Of a DNA stretch of 64,000 nucleotides, positions 24,600-38,200 are shown in pieces. Numbering within the stretch: position 1 is the first letter of the stretch; every line of letters begins with the position of its first letter. The DNA lies in assembly GCA_977018835.1 (NCBI GenBank), contig OZ361256.1:3472001-3536000 (forward strand). The letters are read 5' to 3'. The notes under the pieces were generated by a model that was given only the letters and a program-made list of their open reading frames with translations, had not been told where the DNA came from and did not search any database. Source of the DNA: Minutocellus sp. GHC0000111 (Eukaryota). Both the position numbers and the translations under genes were made by a program.

Positions 24600-25318
24600 T
24601 TCCGAAACGAATTGGTTGATTCCCGAAGGTAAGGTATCCACGAGGCGTGAGCTCCAACCAAAGAGGGATCGATCGATCCGGACGGTAGGGACTGAATGAA
24701 TATCGAATCGGATTGAAAATGCGAGTATGTGCTATGTGCTGGAAAACGGAGCAGTGATCCTCGAATGGCGCGCTCCAGAACGAAAGACGGCACAAAGAGA
24801 AGCACGATGGCCCAGGAATTAAGACGAAAGAGTTCCAGTCAATCAACAATATGAAGAAGGTCGATGGAATGGAATGAATACGAATGCCGGGAGATGGAGG
24901 CTGGGATGGAATGGACCTTCAAAGCACATTTTCGCCCATTTCGGATGCCTCACATTGACGAACGTGCATTTCACGATTTGGGCCCGTTTTAGAGCATCAT
25001 TCGGAAATCAGGGCTCGGACTTTCCGATTTCTGAGGGCCCGCAACGCACATTTATTTATTGCCAGGTCTCGATGATTGCCGATTCTTGGTCTTGCTTGTT
25101 TTCACTTTTCTTGAGGGGAAATAAACGGGGGAATCTAGAAATCCCCCCGTAATTCCGTTTTTTGACGGTTGGCGCTGATGACGTGATGAGAGCAAGTGGT
25201 GATGGGAGACGACGGAGACCACACGGCACGGAGCTCTCCTGCTTGATGGGCTGCTTGATGCAAGTCAATGCATGCCGGCTGAATAAATGTAGCAGGGACC
25301 GGACTAACAGCCAGATAA

Positions 25319-28300
25319 ATGAATACATGCAACAGGTCCAGCAGTGCTAGTGTCCGCACCACCGGCGATGGGGGTGGCATTGCCGTCGGCCGAGCCCCCA
25401 TGGATATCGAACAGCCAGAACATTCACACGGGCATGAACACCCCAATTCCCATCAGCACCAACATGCACCAAATCAACCTCCACCGTGCACCCCCGGGGG
25501 TGGGGTGACCGACGATCTCCTCCGTCGATCCCTCGACGATTTCCTCCGTTGCTGCTCCTCTTCCTGCAAAGATGCTTCGCCAGATACGCGCACGAGCACG
25601 AGCACGGCCGCCAATGACGAGGAAACCATGACGAAAATGTGCTCGGCACTGTCCAAGGCAACTTGCAACCTTACCCGCTTGCGCGACAAGTGCGGGACGA
25701 CCGTTGGACCGTACGTCGGCGCCGGTGTCTCCAGCGGTAGCGGAATGGCAGTCGTCCTAAGTCCTCCGACGGCCGAGACGGCACTCAGGGCCATCCACGC
25801 CTCCTTTCGGCTGCTACACACAGTGCTGCCTAATACTAGTATGAAGCGGGCCGATACTGCTGCTGCCACCACAACCACTGCGGCAGTGCTGAGTTTCCTC
25901 TCTCAGGCATTTGCATGTCTTGAGAATGATTTGATATTCACGGCCATGTGCCTGCCAACCACCGAGCAGGGGGAGGACAACAACGGCCAAAGACAGGATG
26001 TGGATATGAATCCCTTTCGGATTTTGTCGGACATTGTTTTGGATGACGGCAGCGATGGCAGCATGAGCGAGGTCCAGTCTCTGGCAATAGCTACTCTGTC
26101 CCGGGGGATGCACGCCGTGGAATTCGTTCAGAGATATGCCACCTCGGTGACATCCCTCCCCACGGCTTGTGCCTGCTCGCAGGATTCCGCCCTTGGGGTA
26201 GGGCTGGGATTGGGGTTGGATCGATGCCGGCCCATGGTAGAGGGTGTGGCCGTGCGTTTGATTGATGTGGTGGTGGCATTGGGCGAAGAGCGGATTAGCG
26301 GTAGTGGTGGTGGAGGTGGTGCAAGCAATAGTGCGATTGGTAGTACGGCAGCTGCGCTCCCACCAAACCCATATCAGCGACGTCACCCTGAATCGGTTGG
26401 AGCAGCAGCAACAGCAACAGCAACGCGAGCAGGAGGAGCAATCACCACCGAAGCTGATCGACCCATCAAATGCGACCACCTGTCCTCGGCCTCCAAAGAC
26501 ACTCTCCGAATATGCAGTATATCGTTGCTGAGCGTACTACTCAGGACTGATTATGCCGATTGGGCCCTCCCATCGCCATTTCATCATTCGCGCAAGCAGC
26601 AGCACCAGCAGAAACTGGAAAGGATGCGCAACATCCTGCTATCCCAGGCACAAAGATTTGGTCGTGATATGCACGATCGAAATGCCACGGAATTATCTGC
26701 AGGATCGTTGTCTTTGCTGGTCCTCCTCAACACCAAGAGGGATGGCACCGTGCTCGACGAATCAAGGATGTTTGATGCCAGTACTGTTGATGCTCTGCTT
26801 TCTTCGACATTCCCAGCAGCAGGATCTCGCCTACCGTCGAGGGCTGCCAAAGACGAGTCTCTTGGGCGGATTGCTGCGCAATTATTGACCGACGTGGCCT
26901 CTGGAAGGGGTGAGGGCTATGCTGCCTTCCAGCAAAATCATTTATCGGTTGCATTGGATAGAGCCTGGCCAATTATTGTCGGATGTCATCGGGAAGGAAT
27001 ACTCGACCAACGAGTGGAAGGTCTCGAAAATGTGCTACTGAGTGCATTGGCTTTGCATGGTAGGAGCAGCAGCCGATCTGTGGTTCGCGTCAGCCTCAAG
27101 GCATTCCTTGGAGTAGATGATGAAGCCACTACCGCCGCTGCTGCTGGTGATGGCATGCTCACCGATGAAGATACTCCCGTAACGCACAACACGCAGCACC
27201 GTAGATCGTCGGACCGTTCCTTTCAAAAATCATCTTGTGATGCATTGGTGAAATCGCTACTTCTCTTAGCGAGACACGATTGCTTTGGCGTATCAAGCTT
27301 GGCGCTTGGTCTGCTTAGAAGCTTACTGGAACATCCTACTTGTGGCAACTGTGAAGACGATTTGGGGAGATCGCTGTGGATGTCGGTTGAAAAATCGAAA
27401 GCATTTGGTGATGAATCAAAATTAATTCATCCAAAACTCGATCGCTCTCTTTCAATATGTTGGTTCTAAAAAGTTTGATGAAGGCATAGACGATGATTCA
27501 ATGGGATTATACTCAGATGGCAAGTGGAGAGGGAACAACCCAGCATTTGCAAGGTTCATGCCTCGTCTTTGCATCACGGTCGATTCAATGCTTGTCCTGA
27601 TGAGATCGTCCTCGTTCACCTGTCGCTTGACAACCTTCTTTGGTGACGATATTTGCGACTCCCCCGAGGACATTGCGTCAAGTTTCCTTCTGCCCTCTAA
27701 TGGTGCAACCTTGAGGTCCGACCTCCTTCGAGCACTGTTGCTTTCAGGCGTAACTATTTTGGCTCAAGTTGCTACCTCGGCCCAAGCGACACCATCTGAA
27801 AGCGACACCAACGCCGTAGAAACGCTCGGAGCCACCAAGAAGGTATTGCGACGTTCAATAACAAGCCAAGAGGGAACGATAGCGAATGCAATCGGCGATT
27901 CAATTTCGGAAGGGAGCTCCTGCGACTTGACCGTCCGCGTTAATCATCTTGTGCGAGTCATTGGGAAAGTCATTCCCGAGAGTGAAGTGTCCATCACAGC
28001 ATCGATATATGCGTCTTGCCGTAGTGTCATCTTGGATGCGATGCGATCGCAAAAGCAAGCTTCAGATGCTACTCTGAAATTGAAGCAGATGGAACAAAGG
28101 TTGGAATCCATTTCGCTTGAGCGTGACGATTTGTTGCACTCAATCGCATCGATTCGGGCTTCGCACGCAAAAGAGTTGGCCCGTACCACAGCTCTGGTGG
28201 AAGCCAATGCTGTCGATGAAAGAGAGATGCTTGTAAAAGAGAAGCGACGGGCAGAGGATCAAGCTCGACAGTATCGCAGTAGGATGATTCAAGCAGAGGA

Positions 28301-29045
28301 ACAATGTCAAAAAGCCAGCGCACTCGAAGAAGAGGCTCGTACGAATCTGGAACAAGCCAAGGCTGCAATATCAGAATTGTCCCAGAGATACGAAGAGCTC
28401 GAGATTCAGGCCAAGGACGAAGCCGAACGGAAGGTGATGGCAGAAGAAGAGGTTCAAGAGTTGAAGCAAGATATTGAAGAAGTAGAGCGTGAGCTGAATG
28501 AAAAGAAAGAAGATTTGTCGGATTTGGAGAAGGAGCATGAAGCTGCAAGCCATGCTCTTCAGGTGGCGGAAAGCTCTAATTCTGATCTGAAACAGGAAAT
28601 GGAGGATACTTATTCTCGCTTGGTCTCTTTAGCTCAACTCTTTCAAGTCAAGGAGGAAGATCTCGCCAAGGCCAATACTACAAATCGTGACGAACTTCGT
28701 CGAACGCGACGAGAAGTAGAGAATTTATCCTCGAAACGTGCCGTAGCAGAAGAGCGCGCCGATGCCATCGAACGCGAGAACGATGAGCTAAGACGAAAGG
28801 TGTCTCGTCTCAAGAAAGAATTGGAGAAGGAAAGGTCACGCAAGGCAAATGGCCCCGTTGGATACTTTAATAAGTTGCACGATGACTTTGAAGAGAAGGA
28901 AAGTGCTCGTCGTGAGAGGTCGGAGAGATCCGAACGACGTACCGGCAAAGAAAATGATCGAGAGTCTTCCAGATCCAGATCTCGGGCATCCTCTCGAGCT
29001 AGAGATGCTTCTGATTCCCAACGAAGATTCTATATTGCTCGATAG
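25319..29045 (+). CDS. Hypothetical protein, helical (ARM-like) N-terminal region and long C-terminal coiled coil with RS-rich tail
   Basis: Two long ORFs (716 and 514 aa) separated by an AT-rich, intron-like segment ~27386-27473; splice sites are weak or possibly damaged. Confidence 0.65.
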
Positions 29046-29151
29046 TCTAGCTACGTATCTCTCTCTCTTGTGTGTTAAGTCTACGTAGCTACATATCTTA
29101 GCTCCCAAGTTTACTCCGTTCGCCGAGAAATTCAAAAATGATTCCATTGCA

Positions 29152-30165
29152 TCATAAACGAAACATCGGCACAACATGAGTCGGTATCGCCCCTTCCTTC
29201 TCGAACAAATCATTCAATTTCTCCATGTCAGGCATATCTCCACCTGTATCCCCCAGTTCCGACGAATGAATCCCCCCCGCAACAAAAACAGATGGAATTT
29301 TGGCTGCATTTGCTCCGGCAATATCGTGATGCAGAGAATCTCCAACGTGAGCAACGTCCGCCTTGTCAAGTCCAAGCTCGCGAATACATGCCTCAAAGTG
29401 CTCGCAGTGAGGTTTGCCAAAGGTAGTGCACTCTCCACCCATCTCTTGATATCTTTTTGCTATATTTCCGGGCATATATCGGATCCCACCGTCGCCGTAC
29501 TTTACGACGAAATCAGGATTGGCGCATATCATGGGAAGTTCGCGATCCAGACAGCGTTTCAATACCTGGTCAATTTCCGTCAGATCACCATCCTCCAGGA
29601 ACGAGCCCATGGACTGGAAACTAATGTCCTCATCGTCATCACTCAGTCCAGGACCGCGGATCACACCGCTTCCATGCGCAACAACAAAGTCGGCATCCTC
29701 CACCGACAGCGTCGGTTCAACATTTCCACATTGTCTGAGAAAGTGAAGGGGAGATGGTGCGTTGGTGTTGCCGGGTCCCCACGTGAACCAAATGAATTTC
29801 CTTGGTGGTTTATCCTCATTGCATACATTGTCGCTACGGCTGTGTTCGCCATTGCCACCACCATATGTCTCGCGGATCAGACGGCTGGCTTCGTCTCCGC
29901 TGGTGACCGCACCGATGAAATGATCCGGATTGAATCCCAACCCGGGCAATCGAGCGAGTGTGGTATGCGCTGGGCTGGACGTGTTGGACAGGATGATCAA
30001 CTTCTTGTTCGCCTTGGCCAGGTGCTCCACCAACTCAGCAGCCCCAGGAAGTGCAGATGAACCGTTGTGCATGACACCAAACTGGTCCAAGATGAAACCC
30101 TGATAACGAGAGGTGAGCTCGGAGAATGTGGCGTGGGCCTGGAATGCGGTCGCAAAGAGCCTCAT
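29152..30165 (-). CDS. HAD-superfamily hydrolase, subfamily IIA
   Basis: FILDQFGVMHNG, LSNTS, CANPD, GKPH, VGDSLHHDIAGA motifs; 337 aa. Confidence 0.9.
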   Translation of the reverse strand: MRLFATAFQAHATFSELTSRYQGFILDQFGVMHNGSSALPGAAELVEHLAKANKKLIILSNTSSPAHTTLARLPGLGFNPDHFIGAVTSGDEASRLIRETYGGGNGEHSRSDNVCNEDKPPRKFIWFTWGPGNTNAPSPLHFLRQCGNVEPTLSVEDADFVVAHGSGVIRGPGLSDDDEDISFQSMGSFLEDGDLTEIDQVLKRCLDRELPMICANPDFVVKYGDGGIRYMPGNIAKRYQEMGGECTTFGKPHCEHFEACIRELGLDKADVAHVGDSLHHDIAGANAAKIPSVFVAGGIHSSELGDTGGDMPDMEKLNDLFEKEGAIPTHVVPMFRL

Positions 30166-30205
30166 TCTGCTCTTTGCATTTATTTGTGCTTCGCCGTCTC
30201 AAAAA

Positions 30206-30276
30206 GCAAAGCTACGAGTAAGTCGTACTCAAGATGGAATGAACGGCAAAGCTACGAGTACTCAAGATGGAATGAA
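30206..30276. repeat. Local ~40-bp direct duplication upstream of the HAD gene
   Basis: GCAAAGCTACGAGTA...CTCAAGATGGAATGAA occurs twice (30206 and 30246), copies differing by a 7-bp indel. Confidence 0.7.
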
Positions 30277-30768
30277 GAACGGCCGAATGAACCGCACCGG
30301 CATGCCGGGGGTGGAGCGTAGAGAAGGGTGGAATTGGGTCGAGGCGAGGTACCGTCTGCGATTTTTTTGGCTTTCGCTTTCCGTTGCTTTTCGCGCAACC
30401 GCCACGCGGCCGAGATGGGGGATGGGAGGGAGATGTGGAGATGTCCAATGCTCGTGGCGTGGCTGCTCTGTCTCTACCAATATGAAACAATAAGCCACCT
30501 GAATACATAAGCCATGCACCTCCAGGCCGTTCTTTAGCTCTGCCTCCTATCCTCCCTCCTTATCGCATCATGCTCAAGCCACTCCACAAAAAAAACAGCA
30601 CGCACCATGCGACCTCCTACAATCAGCGAGCGAGCACTCTCTTGGCGATGCGGCCTCTGCCACTAACGGTACGGGGTACGGTCCAGTTGCAGCTCATAAA
30701 TCGTGCTTCGTGCGCTGTTGCCAGGAAGAAAATCAAGCCTTTGCGAATGGTGGTGACCTCCGCATACG

Positions 30769-32000
30769 ATGACCACAACCGCTCCCGCTGCTACTGTGTG
30801 TAGCTCTACTTTTGCCAGCGCGGCGAAGAATCCAATGACTGCCGCTACCGCCACTGCTGGCATACCCACTGCTACTGGTGCCAGCGTCGGCACCATCCCC
30901 ACCACCACCACAACCAAAAGTACTCTCCCACGACGCGCATCCAAGATGCTGGCCCCGCAGCAACTGCTACCTCCAACATCTGGGACACGAAATCCTGTCG
31001 GTAGGCAAGTCCATCAGGTGGAAATTCGATCCGGTGGAACCATTGCCTTCCGCATCCCTCTGTGGCAGAAGATGGCAGTCGGAGCATTCTCAGGCGTTCT
31101 GGGGACCGTGGCCATCTTCCCCATCGATACCGTCAAGACTCGCTTGCAGCTTGCATCGGTCCAGTCCAATACCGGCATTCGAGGCATCGTCCAAGACGTC
31201 CTTGGTCGGTATGGTGTTCGTGGCTTTTATCGTGGCCTTCCTCCAACGGCAGTATTCGTGGCCCCCGAAAAGGCCATCAAATTGGGAGTCAATGACTACC
31301 TGCGCGATGTGCTCTGCGGTTGGGATCGAACCAAGGAGACTGTATTGCAGCAGATTGCTGCTGGTGCCCTTACGGCTTGTGTGCAGATGGTCGTCACAAA
31401 TGTGAGTCGAATCGATCGAAATGCTCCCACATGTATGCATCAAAATATTGAATATTACAGCTGTACAGTCGCAATCAACTTACCTGCACTTCATTGCATT
31501 GATCATTCCCGCATATTCCCCCTCTCTAGCCAATGGAAATTGTTAAGCTTCGATTGCAAAGCGCAGAGACTTCTTTGACGCCCTTTGAAGCTATCAAAGA
31601 ACTTGGCCTCAGAGGTCTGTACAAAGGTAGCGCCGTGACTCTGGCACGAGATATTCCCTACAATGTCCTTTTCTTCCTGAGTTACATCTACCTCAAGCGA
31701 GGTTTGACGGACCAAGAAGGCAACATCTCACGCGAGAAAATCCTCTGCTCGGGAGTTGCAGCTGGAATGGTGGCGGCATGCGCCTGCACGCCATTCGACG
31801 TTCTCAAGTCGAGAATCCAAGCGAGAGGTAGCGTGTATACGAATGGTGCAGTGGATTGCGCTAGGAGACTTTATGCAGAGGGTGGATCGGGCATCTTTTT
31901 CCGAGGCGCTGTGCCTCGAATGGCGGTGCAGGGCCCGCTGTATGGAATCGCTCTTCTCAGCTTCGAACTCCAGACTCAATATCTTTCTTCTTCTCAATGA
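30769..32000 (+). CDS. Mitochondrial carrier family (SLC25) protein, glutamate-carrier-like
   Basis: Three PxD/ExxK repeats (FPIDTVK, NPMEIVK, TPFDVLK), APEKAIKL motif; intron 31402..31529 joins in frame. Confidence 0.9.
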
Positions 32001-32024
32001 CTGCGATGGACGGTATCCGTTACA

Positions 32025-32258
32025 CATAGATAGATCTATAGATCTAGATCTACTGATACATATGCTGGTAGAGTCTATCTAGAGATGTTCTAGAGGAATT
32101 CTAGTAGGATTCCTTTGTTTATGTACACAATGTACGAACGTTTACACAGTTAACTAGATCTAGTAGCTAGATTTACGAGCTCAACTAGGTAGCTAGTAGC
32201 TAAGTGGATAGATACTAGCTAGTACGTGTAGATCTAGATCTAGCTAGATCTAGATACC
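32025..32258. repeat. Largest intergenic nested-palindrome patch
   Basis: TAGATCTATAGATCTA 32031-32046, ACTAGATCTAGT 32153-32164, TACTAGCTAGTA 32213-32224, 24-bp ATCTAGATCTAGCTAGATCTAGAT 32232-32255. Confidence 0.9.
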
Positions 32259-32446
32259 ACAACGGCCGGCCTTCGTTTCCTTTTTTGCATTCGCATGCCG
32301 CCCGCCCGCCGATTGGCCCGGCCGGCGCGCTCGAAAATCGGCTGGCGCATTCCGCGCCGGCCTCGGCATCACATCGAACATTGGTACCGAAAGGTACATT
32401 CGAACATTGTTCATTTAATTTCCCGCGCAACAAAGTCAAACAAGAG

Positions 32447-33223
32447 ATGCCCGGTCCCACGGCCGCCGATGAAGCCGAGGGCGATGCCCCACGAGAACTT
32501 AGCGAGTACGAGAAGATACGTGCTCAAAATATTGAGCGCAACAATGCCAAGCTACGCGAGTTGGGCCTCATCAGCAAGGCCGAAGAGAAGGCCTCAAATG
32601 ACATGGCCTGGGGTCGCCACACCGCGAGGCATCACCAGCAGAGTGATGATGATGATGGCGACGATTCTTCTGGAGAGAGCGAGTACGAGGACGACGATGA
32701 TGACGAGGAGGAGGAGGAGGAGGATTGGACGGATCCTCGCCGCCCTCACGGAGCCGCCATCCAGCCAAAGAAGAAGAGAGCAAACAAAAAGAAACGAAAG
32801 GCGGACGGTCCACCCGCCGAGGGGAGTAGGAAATCAAGGCGACTTCAGGGCATGGCGGCTGATGGATCCATGCTCCCTCCCAAGCCAACGCGGGAGGAGA
32901 TCGAAAAGGAGCGCGAGGAACGCGTCAAGGAGTGCAGGGAAGTCCGACTCAGAGCTGCCAGGGCTGTGGCGGAGGCGGGGGCGGAAAAAGCAGCCAAGGA
33001 GAATTCAACGGCAACGTATGAACACTGTCTGATGCGGGTGAAGACGATGAGCGACAAGGGTCTTCAGAACAGAGTCAAGGCCATCGAGCGTGCGGCCGGG
33101 AAGCATTGCGTGGTGAAAATGGCCATATTCAAATCTTGCCTCCAAGATGAAGGGATGTGGGACCTCGCTGAGCTTGCATCGGAGGCATTGGAAAGACTGA
33201 AGGGTCTCAAGGCTCCTGTCTAA
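32447..33223 (+). CDS. Hypothetical nuclear protein with LSEYEKIRAQNIERN motif, acidic tract and NLS-like basic tract
   Basis: Single-exon ORF from ATG 32447; composition typical of small chromatin-associated proteins. Confidence 0.7.
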   Translation: MPGPTAADEAEGDAPRELSEYEKIRAQNIERNNAKLRELGLISKAEEKASNDMAWGRHTARHHQQSDDDDGDDSSGESEYEDDDDDEEEEEEDWTDPRRPHGAAIQPKKKRANKKKRKADGPPAEGSRKSRRLQGMAADGSMLPPKPTREEIEKEREERVKECREVRLRAARAVAEAGAEKAAKENSTATYEHCLMRVKTMSDKGLQNRVKAIERAAGKHCVVKMAIFKSCLQDEGMWDLAELASEALERLKGLKAPV

Positions 33224-33403
33224 AGAGATCTACACGAGGGCCTTTTGCATGTATGATATGCACGAGATTCTATGCGTCAACCTCAAAGAGAAGACGAATA
33301 GAGAGACTGGCTTCAATTCATATTATATTTTAGGCTTGCGTCAAAATTGTCCCCTTTTCCTAACTGTATTCATACTCGTATGTGTATCGATCTACAATGT
33401 ATT

Positions 33404-34801
33404 TTAGAGACCAGCATCCTCCTCAAAACCAAGGGCAAGGTTCAAGTTCTGCACAGCCGCTCCACTTGCTCCCTTGCCAAGGTTATCAAGACGAGCGCAA
33501 AGTACAGCCTGTTCCTCGTCGTCGTTGTAGAACACAAACAACTGCATCTTGTTGGTATTCTTCAGCGTATCCGGTCGGAGGAAGGCTCCGCGTTCGAGCA
33601 GTCCAGCATCCTTGATATCCGCCTCACCGGCAGGCATAACCTCGATAAATTTACTTCCCTCATAATACTTGGCAAGCGCCTCGTGAATGTCCTTTCCCTT
33701 AGTACCAGACTTCAACCAGGCATAGTGCAGGGGAACAGACACCACCATGCCCTGATCGAACGACGCTACAGCGGGCTGGAAAATGGGCTTCTTGCCAAGC
33801 TTGGAATACTTGGCCATCTCGGGAATGTGCTTGTGCGCCAACGAAAAGCCATACGAGCCCCATGGTTCGGAATCGCCGCTCTCGTACACCTCCATTAAGC
33901 CCTTACCGCCGCCGCTGTATCCAGAAATCGCATTGATGGTCAGTGGAGTTCCCTCGGGAATAATGCCCGCTTCGACGAGGGGACGGGTGAGACCAATGAA
34001 GCCAGTCGGATAACAACCAGGATTCGCAACCCTCTTGCTCTTTTTGATCGCCTCATACTGATCAAGTTCAATCGCATCCATATATCGCAAGAATGTTATG
34101 TAAATGTATGTGCACGACGCAAATCGTTGCTTAGAAATTTGTTTGTATTGATGAATGATGATACAGTAACCAATCCAATCAAAGTTAGTGCTTACCAGGA
34201 AATCCGTATGTCCATTCATCGTTCACACGGAATGCTGTGGACGCATCAATGAGAACCGTTCGGTCGTTGTCGGCATCGACCATCTTGGAAGCTTCAATGG
34301 AGGCAGCATCGGGAAGGCCTATATGCATACAAAAGTGGAAAGGGTGTAAATATGAGCAAGATATGTCAAAAAAGGAAATAACCTGAGCATTTACGCTGCA
34401 GAAACCAAAGACACCACACTGACACGATGGGATAGGAGGCATATCTTTTGGATGTCAAACAGAATCAGCGTGTATGTAATACTTAATGCAACATTCAACG
34501 CACATAGAATAACGGCATCGGCCTCGTTGATGAACTTCTTGCGAGTTTCCTCATCCTTTCTCAGCTCCGATGGGGGAGAGATGATCTCAATGTCAGTGCG
34601 CTTGCCAAGGCGATAGCGAACCTGCAGGCCCGTCGTACCGGCCTCTCCATCGATAAAGACCTTTTTGGTGGCGAACAATTCCATCATGCGGGCGGTGGCG
34701 CTTCTTGGCGATGCTGCCGCCGAGGGGGCGAACGCCGAAACGCCGGGAGCAACGGCGGCAGCAGCCGCAAACAGGGCAAGGGAAGATGCTAAGAGCTTCA
34801 T
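33404..34801 (-). pseudogene. argC: N-acetyl-gamma-glutamyl-phosphate reductase (type 2 ArgC), plastid-targeted; second intron lacks an in-frame AG acceptor
   Basis: VSAFAP presequence, [46 protein letters not shown]. Exons 34801..34504, 34318..34196, ~34068..33404. The only junction restoring GFPEL ends in TG (34070-34069); the AGs I found nearby are out of phase. Confidence 0.85.
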
Positions 34802-35219
34802 TTGGCTTGTTGATGTACCGGATGGTCTGGAACTGTATCTATTGTGTGGTGGTGGCTTGACCGGAATCCGGAACGGAACGCAAGTGCACCGATCTTTGAA
34901 GACGAAAGGCAGATCTTGCGGAACCAGCTGTGCGTGCGGAACCAAACTTGCGGTCGCGCAGTCAGGACAAAGTTCATTGTGTTGACGACGGCCAGACGTC
35001 AGAGCCTGCCTATCCTCTCTGGCGATTTTTCTTGAGCTTGGCGGATTGCGCCAACCTCACACCCCTCTTTCGAGACCGCTGCAAGGAGAGGCGGTACCAC
35101 TTAAACCTCGCACAGTTGCGCCATATATTTTTAATTTGACGGCCTCGATATCCTCTCTATTGTTGGGGCTGTGCGGATCGTCTTGTACAACCCTCGCTCG
35201 CCGCGTATAAAGTCCAAAA

Positions 35220-38200
35220 ATGCCCTCCTCCAGCAGGAAAGCGAAGAAGAAAATGACACACGTGCTCGTGCCTGTCTCAGGACCATCGAGCACATCGTCG
35301 ACCTTGCTCTGCAGCGAGGAGCTCGCCCTGCCCTTTGGAAACGGCCCAAACATAGAATCGGGGGAGGGTCTGAGATCATCATCGGGCGGGAGCGTGGCGG
35401 GAAAATTCGGCCCCGACCACCGCCGACGAGCGGTGACTGGCAGCGCCGTTTTCACACCGGACGGCCAACAGAAGCTTGCAGCGACCGCGGTCGGTGCATC
35501 CCGCACAATGAAGGACCCAACGAAGACGATTGCCGGTCGCAATGCCGGTAAGATACATATTTCTGGCGGAAATGCAAGTGTCATCGCCCCGTCGCAACCA
35601 TCTTCGCCGCAGTCTCGTGCCCGAATCAAAATGCCGAACGCATTTGCGTCGGTCTCTCTCTTCACCGGGGAGGCAGACTTTGGTGGACTCTCTACGTCGT
35701 CCGAGGATATGGACGATAATGTCAGCGGCAACAGTCGTAGAAGTGCTGAGTATCAGAGCCCAATTCGTGCGACAGTTATGGGCAGAACGAATATCGGAAG
35801 TACCTCCATCAGCCATGTCGGTCCAGGACGACCGGACGCACCGTCTTTCGTCCCCGTAGAAGACGAGGAAACGTGGAAAAGTCGCTTCGTCGCTCTCTGT
35901 CTGTACAAATCTCAGCACGGTCATTGTCTCGTGTCTAGTGACCCTCGGCATAGCACTCCTTCAGAGAGGTCCTTGTCCATGTGGGTGAAACTCTGCCGAG
36001 AGGAGTATGAGGCGCTAGGTACTAGTATGCCCGACGCCACCATCAGAATGCTCACGCAGGAGCGGATTGACATGCTGGACTCGATCGACTTTGAGTGGAA
36101 CGTCAAACTTTCGTTCCCCGAAGGCATCGCTCCTTCCAACGCTACCAATACTCAGAGCCGTCACGTGAAGCCAATGTCGTGGGATGGACGCTACGACGAA
36201 CTTCTCCGATTCAAGTCCAAGTATGGAGATACCAACGTCCCGGCGCGATGGGCTAACAACCCAAATCTTGCCAAGTGGGCAGCCGAGCAGCGCCGCGAGT
36301 ATCGACGATACACTCTGGCTGATTTCCACAGTTCTCGAGGAATCACCGAGGAGCAGATCGACAAGCTGGAGCTGATTGGATTCCAATGGAGCGAGACGAC
36401 GCCCGACAACGTCGATGCCGCCGCTGGCATAGAGCCCCGTCGCCCACCACCGCCACCACCACCACCGCCGCCGCCACCACCACAGAACCAATATTCGTCG
36501 ACGACGACTCATCAGGATTCATCCCAAGAAGTGGCGACAGTTTCACCTTCGCCGATGAAGGTCGAATACCCTGCCAGGGAAGATTCCATGCTACAAAACT
36601 CTAGCACGGCGGCTTCTATCAGCAACAGCAAGAGAAAGATCACTCCCATCTCCCCTCCCAATCCTTCAGAAGATCCCGATTCCAATATCGCCGATGGACC
36701 CTACGGGCATGGGAAGGGCGAAAGTCAGGCGTCGTGGGATAAGCACCTAGACGATCTCCTACAATACGGCGAGAAGAATGGCACCTTCAGCGTGAGCAAA
36801 TCTTACCAAGGCGGCGATCTCTACGATTGGGTGCAGTATCAGAGAATCCTGTTCTACCGCGGAGAGGACGAGGGGCGAGGCAAGCTTGGGCCAGCGCAAA
36901 GAGTGCGTTATGACAAGCTGAAGATATCCGAAATCTTTGTTCCGAGAGGGGGTATGGTTGATGCACCGCCGGTCGAGGGAGACGATAACAAGTATCCTCC
37001 TGCCCCCAGGAGCTGGGACCAATCCTTTGCCATGCTCAAACGTCATTTCGAAGAAATTGGTGACGTTGATATTTACTACATTGCCGATCCTGATCTTTAC
37101 CATTGGACAAACACTGTAATGATTCAGTACCTTGAAAAGGATATCGAAGTGGACGAGTCTGCTTTGTCTGAGAAGCCCTTATCTGACGCCCGCTACAAAA
37201 AACTCAAGGATATGGGAATTGGGCGCGATTGGTCCCACAATGACAAGCTTTGGCACATTATGTTTCATAAGTTGAGCCAGTTTGAGCTGGAGAATGGTCA
37301 CTGCGAGGTGCCTGGTAGCAATACGACTCAGCTCGGTCTATGGATCTATCGTCAAAGGTATTCCCTTGCTTCCTTCATTGCGAATGGCATGAAGAGCTCC
37401 TCATTTACTCACAAGAGGAAGGCCAAGTTGGACGGGTGAGAGCTTCTTCTTCTGTCATTGGATGGTCGATACCTCTTTAATTTATTCACCCCATCTGCTC
37501 CTTACGCTAGTTATGTAGCGTGAACCCTCCAATAATTCTCACCAATCCCATTTGTGTGCCTCTCTCTTGCACTTTCTCTTGTCCTATGCGCAGTATTGGC
37601 TTCGATTGGAAGGAATATGACAAGGGATATGTCGATCCCGATGACGGCGATGACGACCAAAAGGGTAGGGCTGATAGTGTCGACCAAGACGAGAAAAAGG
37701 AAGATGACGCCGATTCGATGGATTCCATTGAAGCTCAGTCTCTCGCGGAGAGGCTTGGTTTGCCTAATGGATACACGGGAAAAGATATTGAAAAGTACAA
37801 CAACAAGTGTCCAAATTGCCAACAGACGTTCACGTCGGATCGGGGCCTCAAGTATCACATCGACAACAACGTTTGCATCAACCAGAATTATATCCCCAGA
37901 GCCCCAACGTACGACCTTACAAGAAAACAGCAGGACCATAATGACAAGTTGTGGGAAGAAAATTTTAGTGCCCTTTGTGCTTACAAAAAGAAGCACGGCA
38001 ATCTGGAGGGGGGCAGGGGCGATGATCCTTTGTGCAAATGGGCAAAGCGGCAACGATATGAATGCAGAGAGTGGATGAGCGGCCTGCACACACGTTTCAA
38101 CGCCGAGCGCAAGAGGAAGCTCGATCGGATCGGCTTTGACTTCAAGGGATACGACGGCAAGCCCATCTCCGTTCCTGGACTCAAAGGACCCAAGGGCATC

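Noticed and set aside
21519..24699. Long plus-strand ORFs (387, 345, 284 aa) opposite the giant secreted protein
   Set aside because: Antisense shadow frames of GC3-rich coding sequence, with no motifs. The same applies to 29176..30060, 42808..43698, 45468..46064 and 48513..49202.
27386..27473. Counting the break between the 716-aa and 514-aa ORFs as another disabling lesion
   Set aside because: A phase-0 GT..AG intron (27386..27473) can join them in frame, so damage is possible but not demonstrable.
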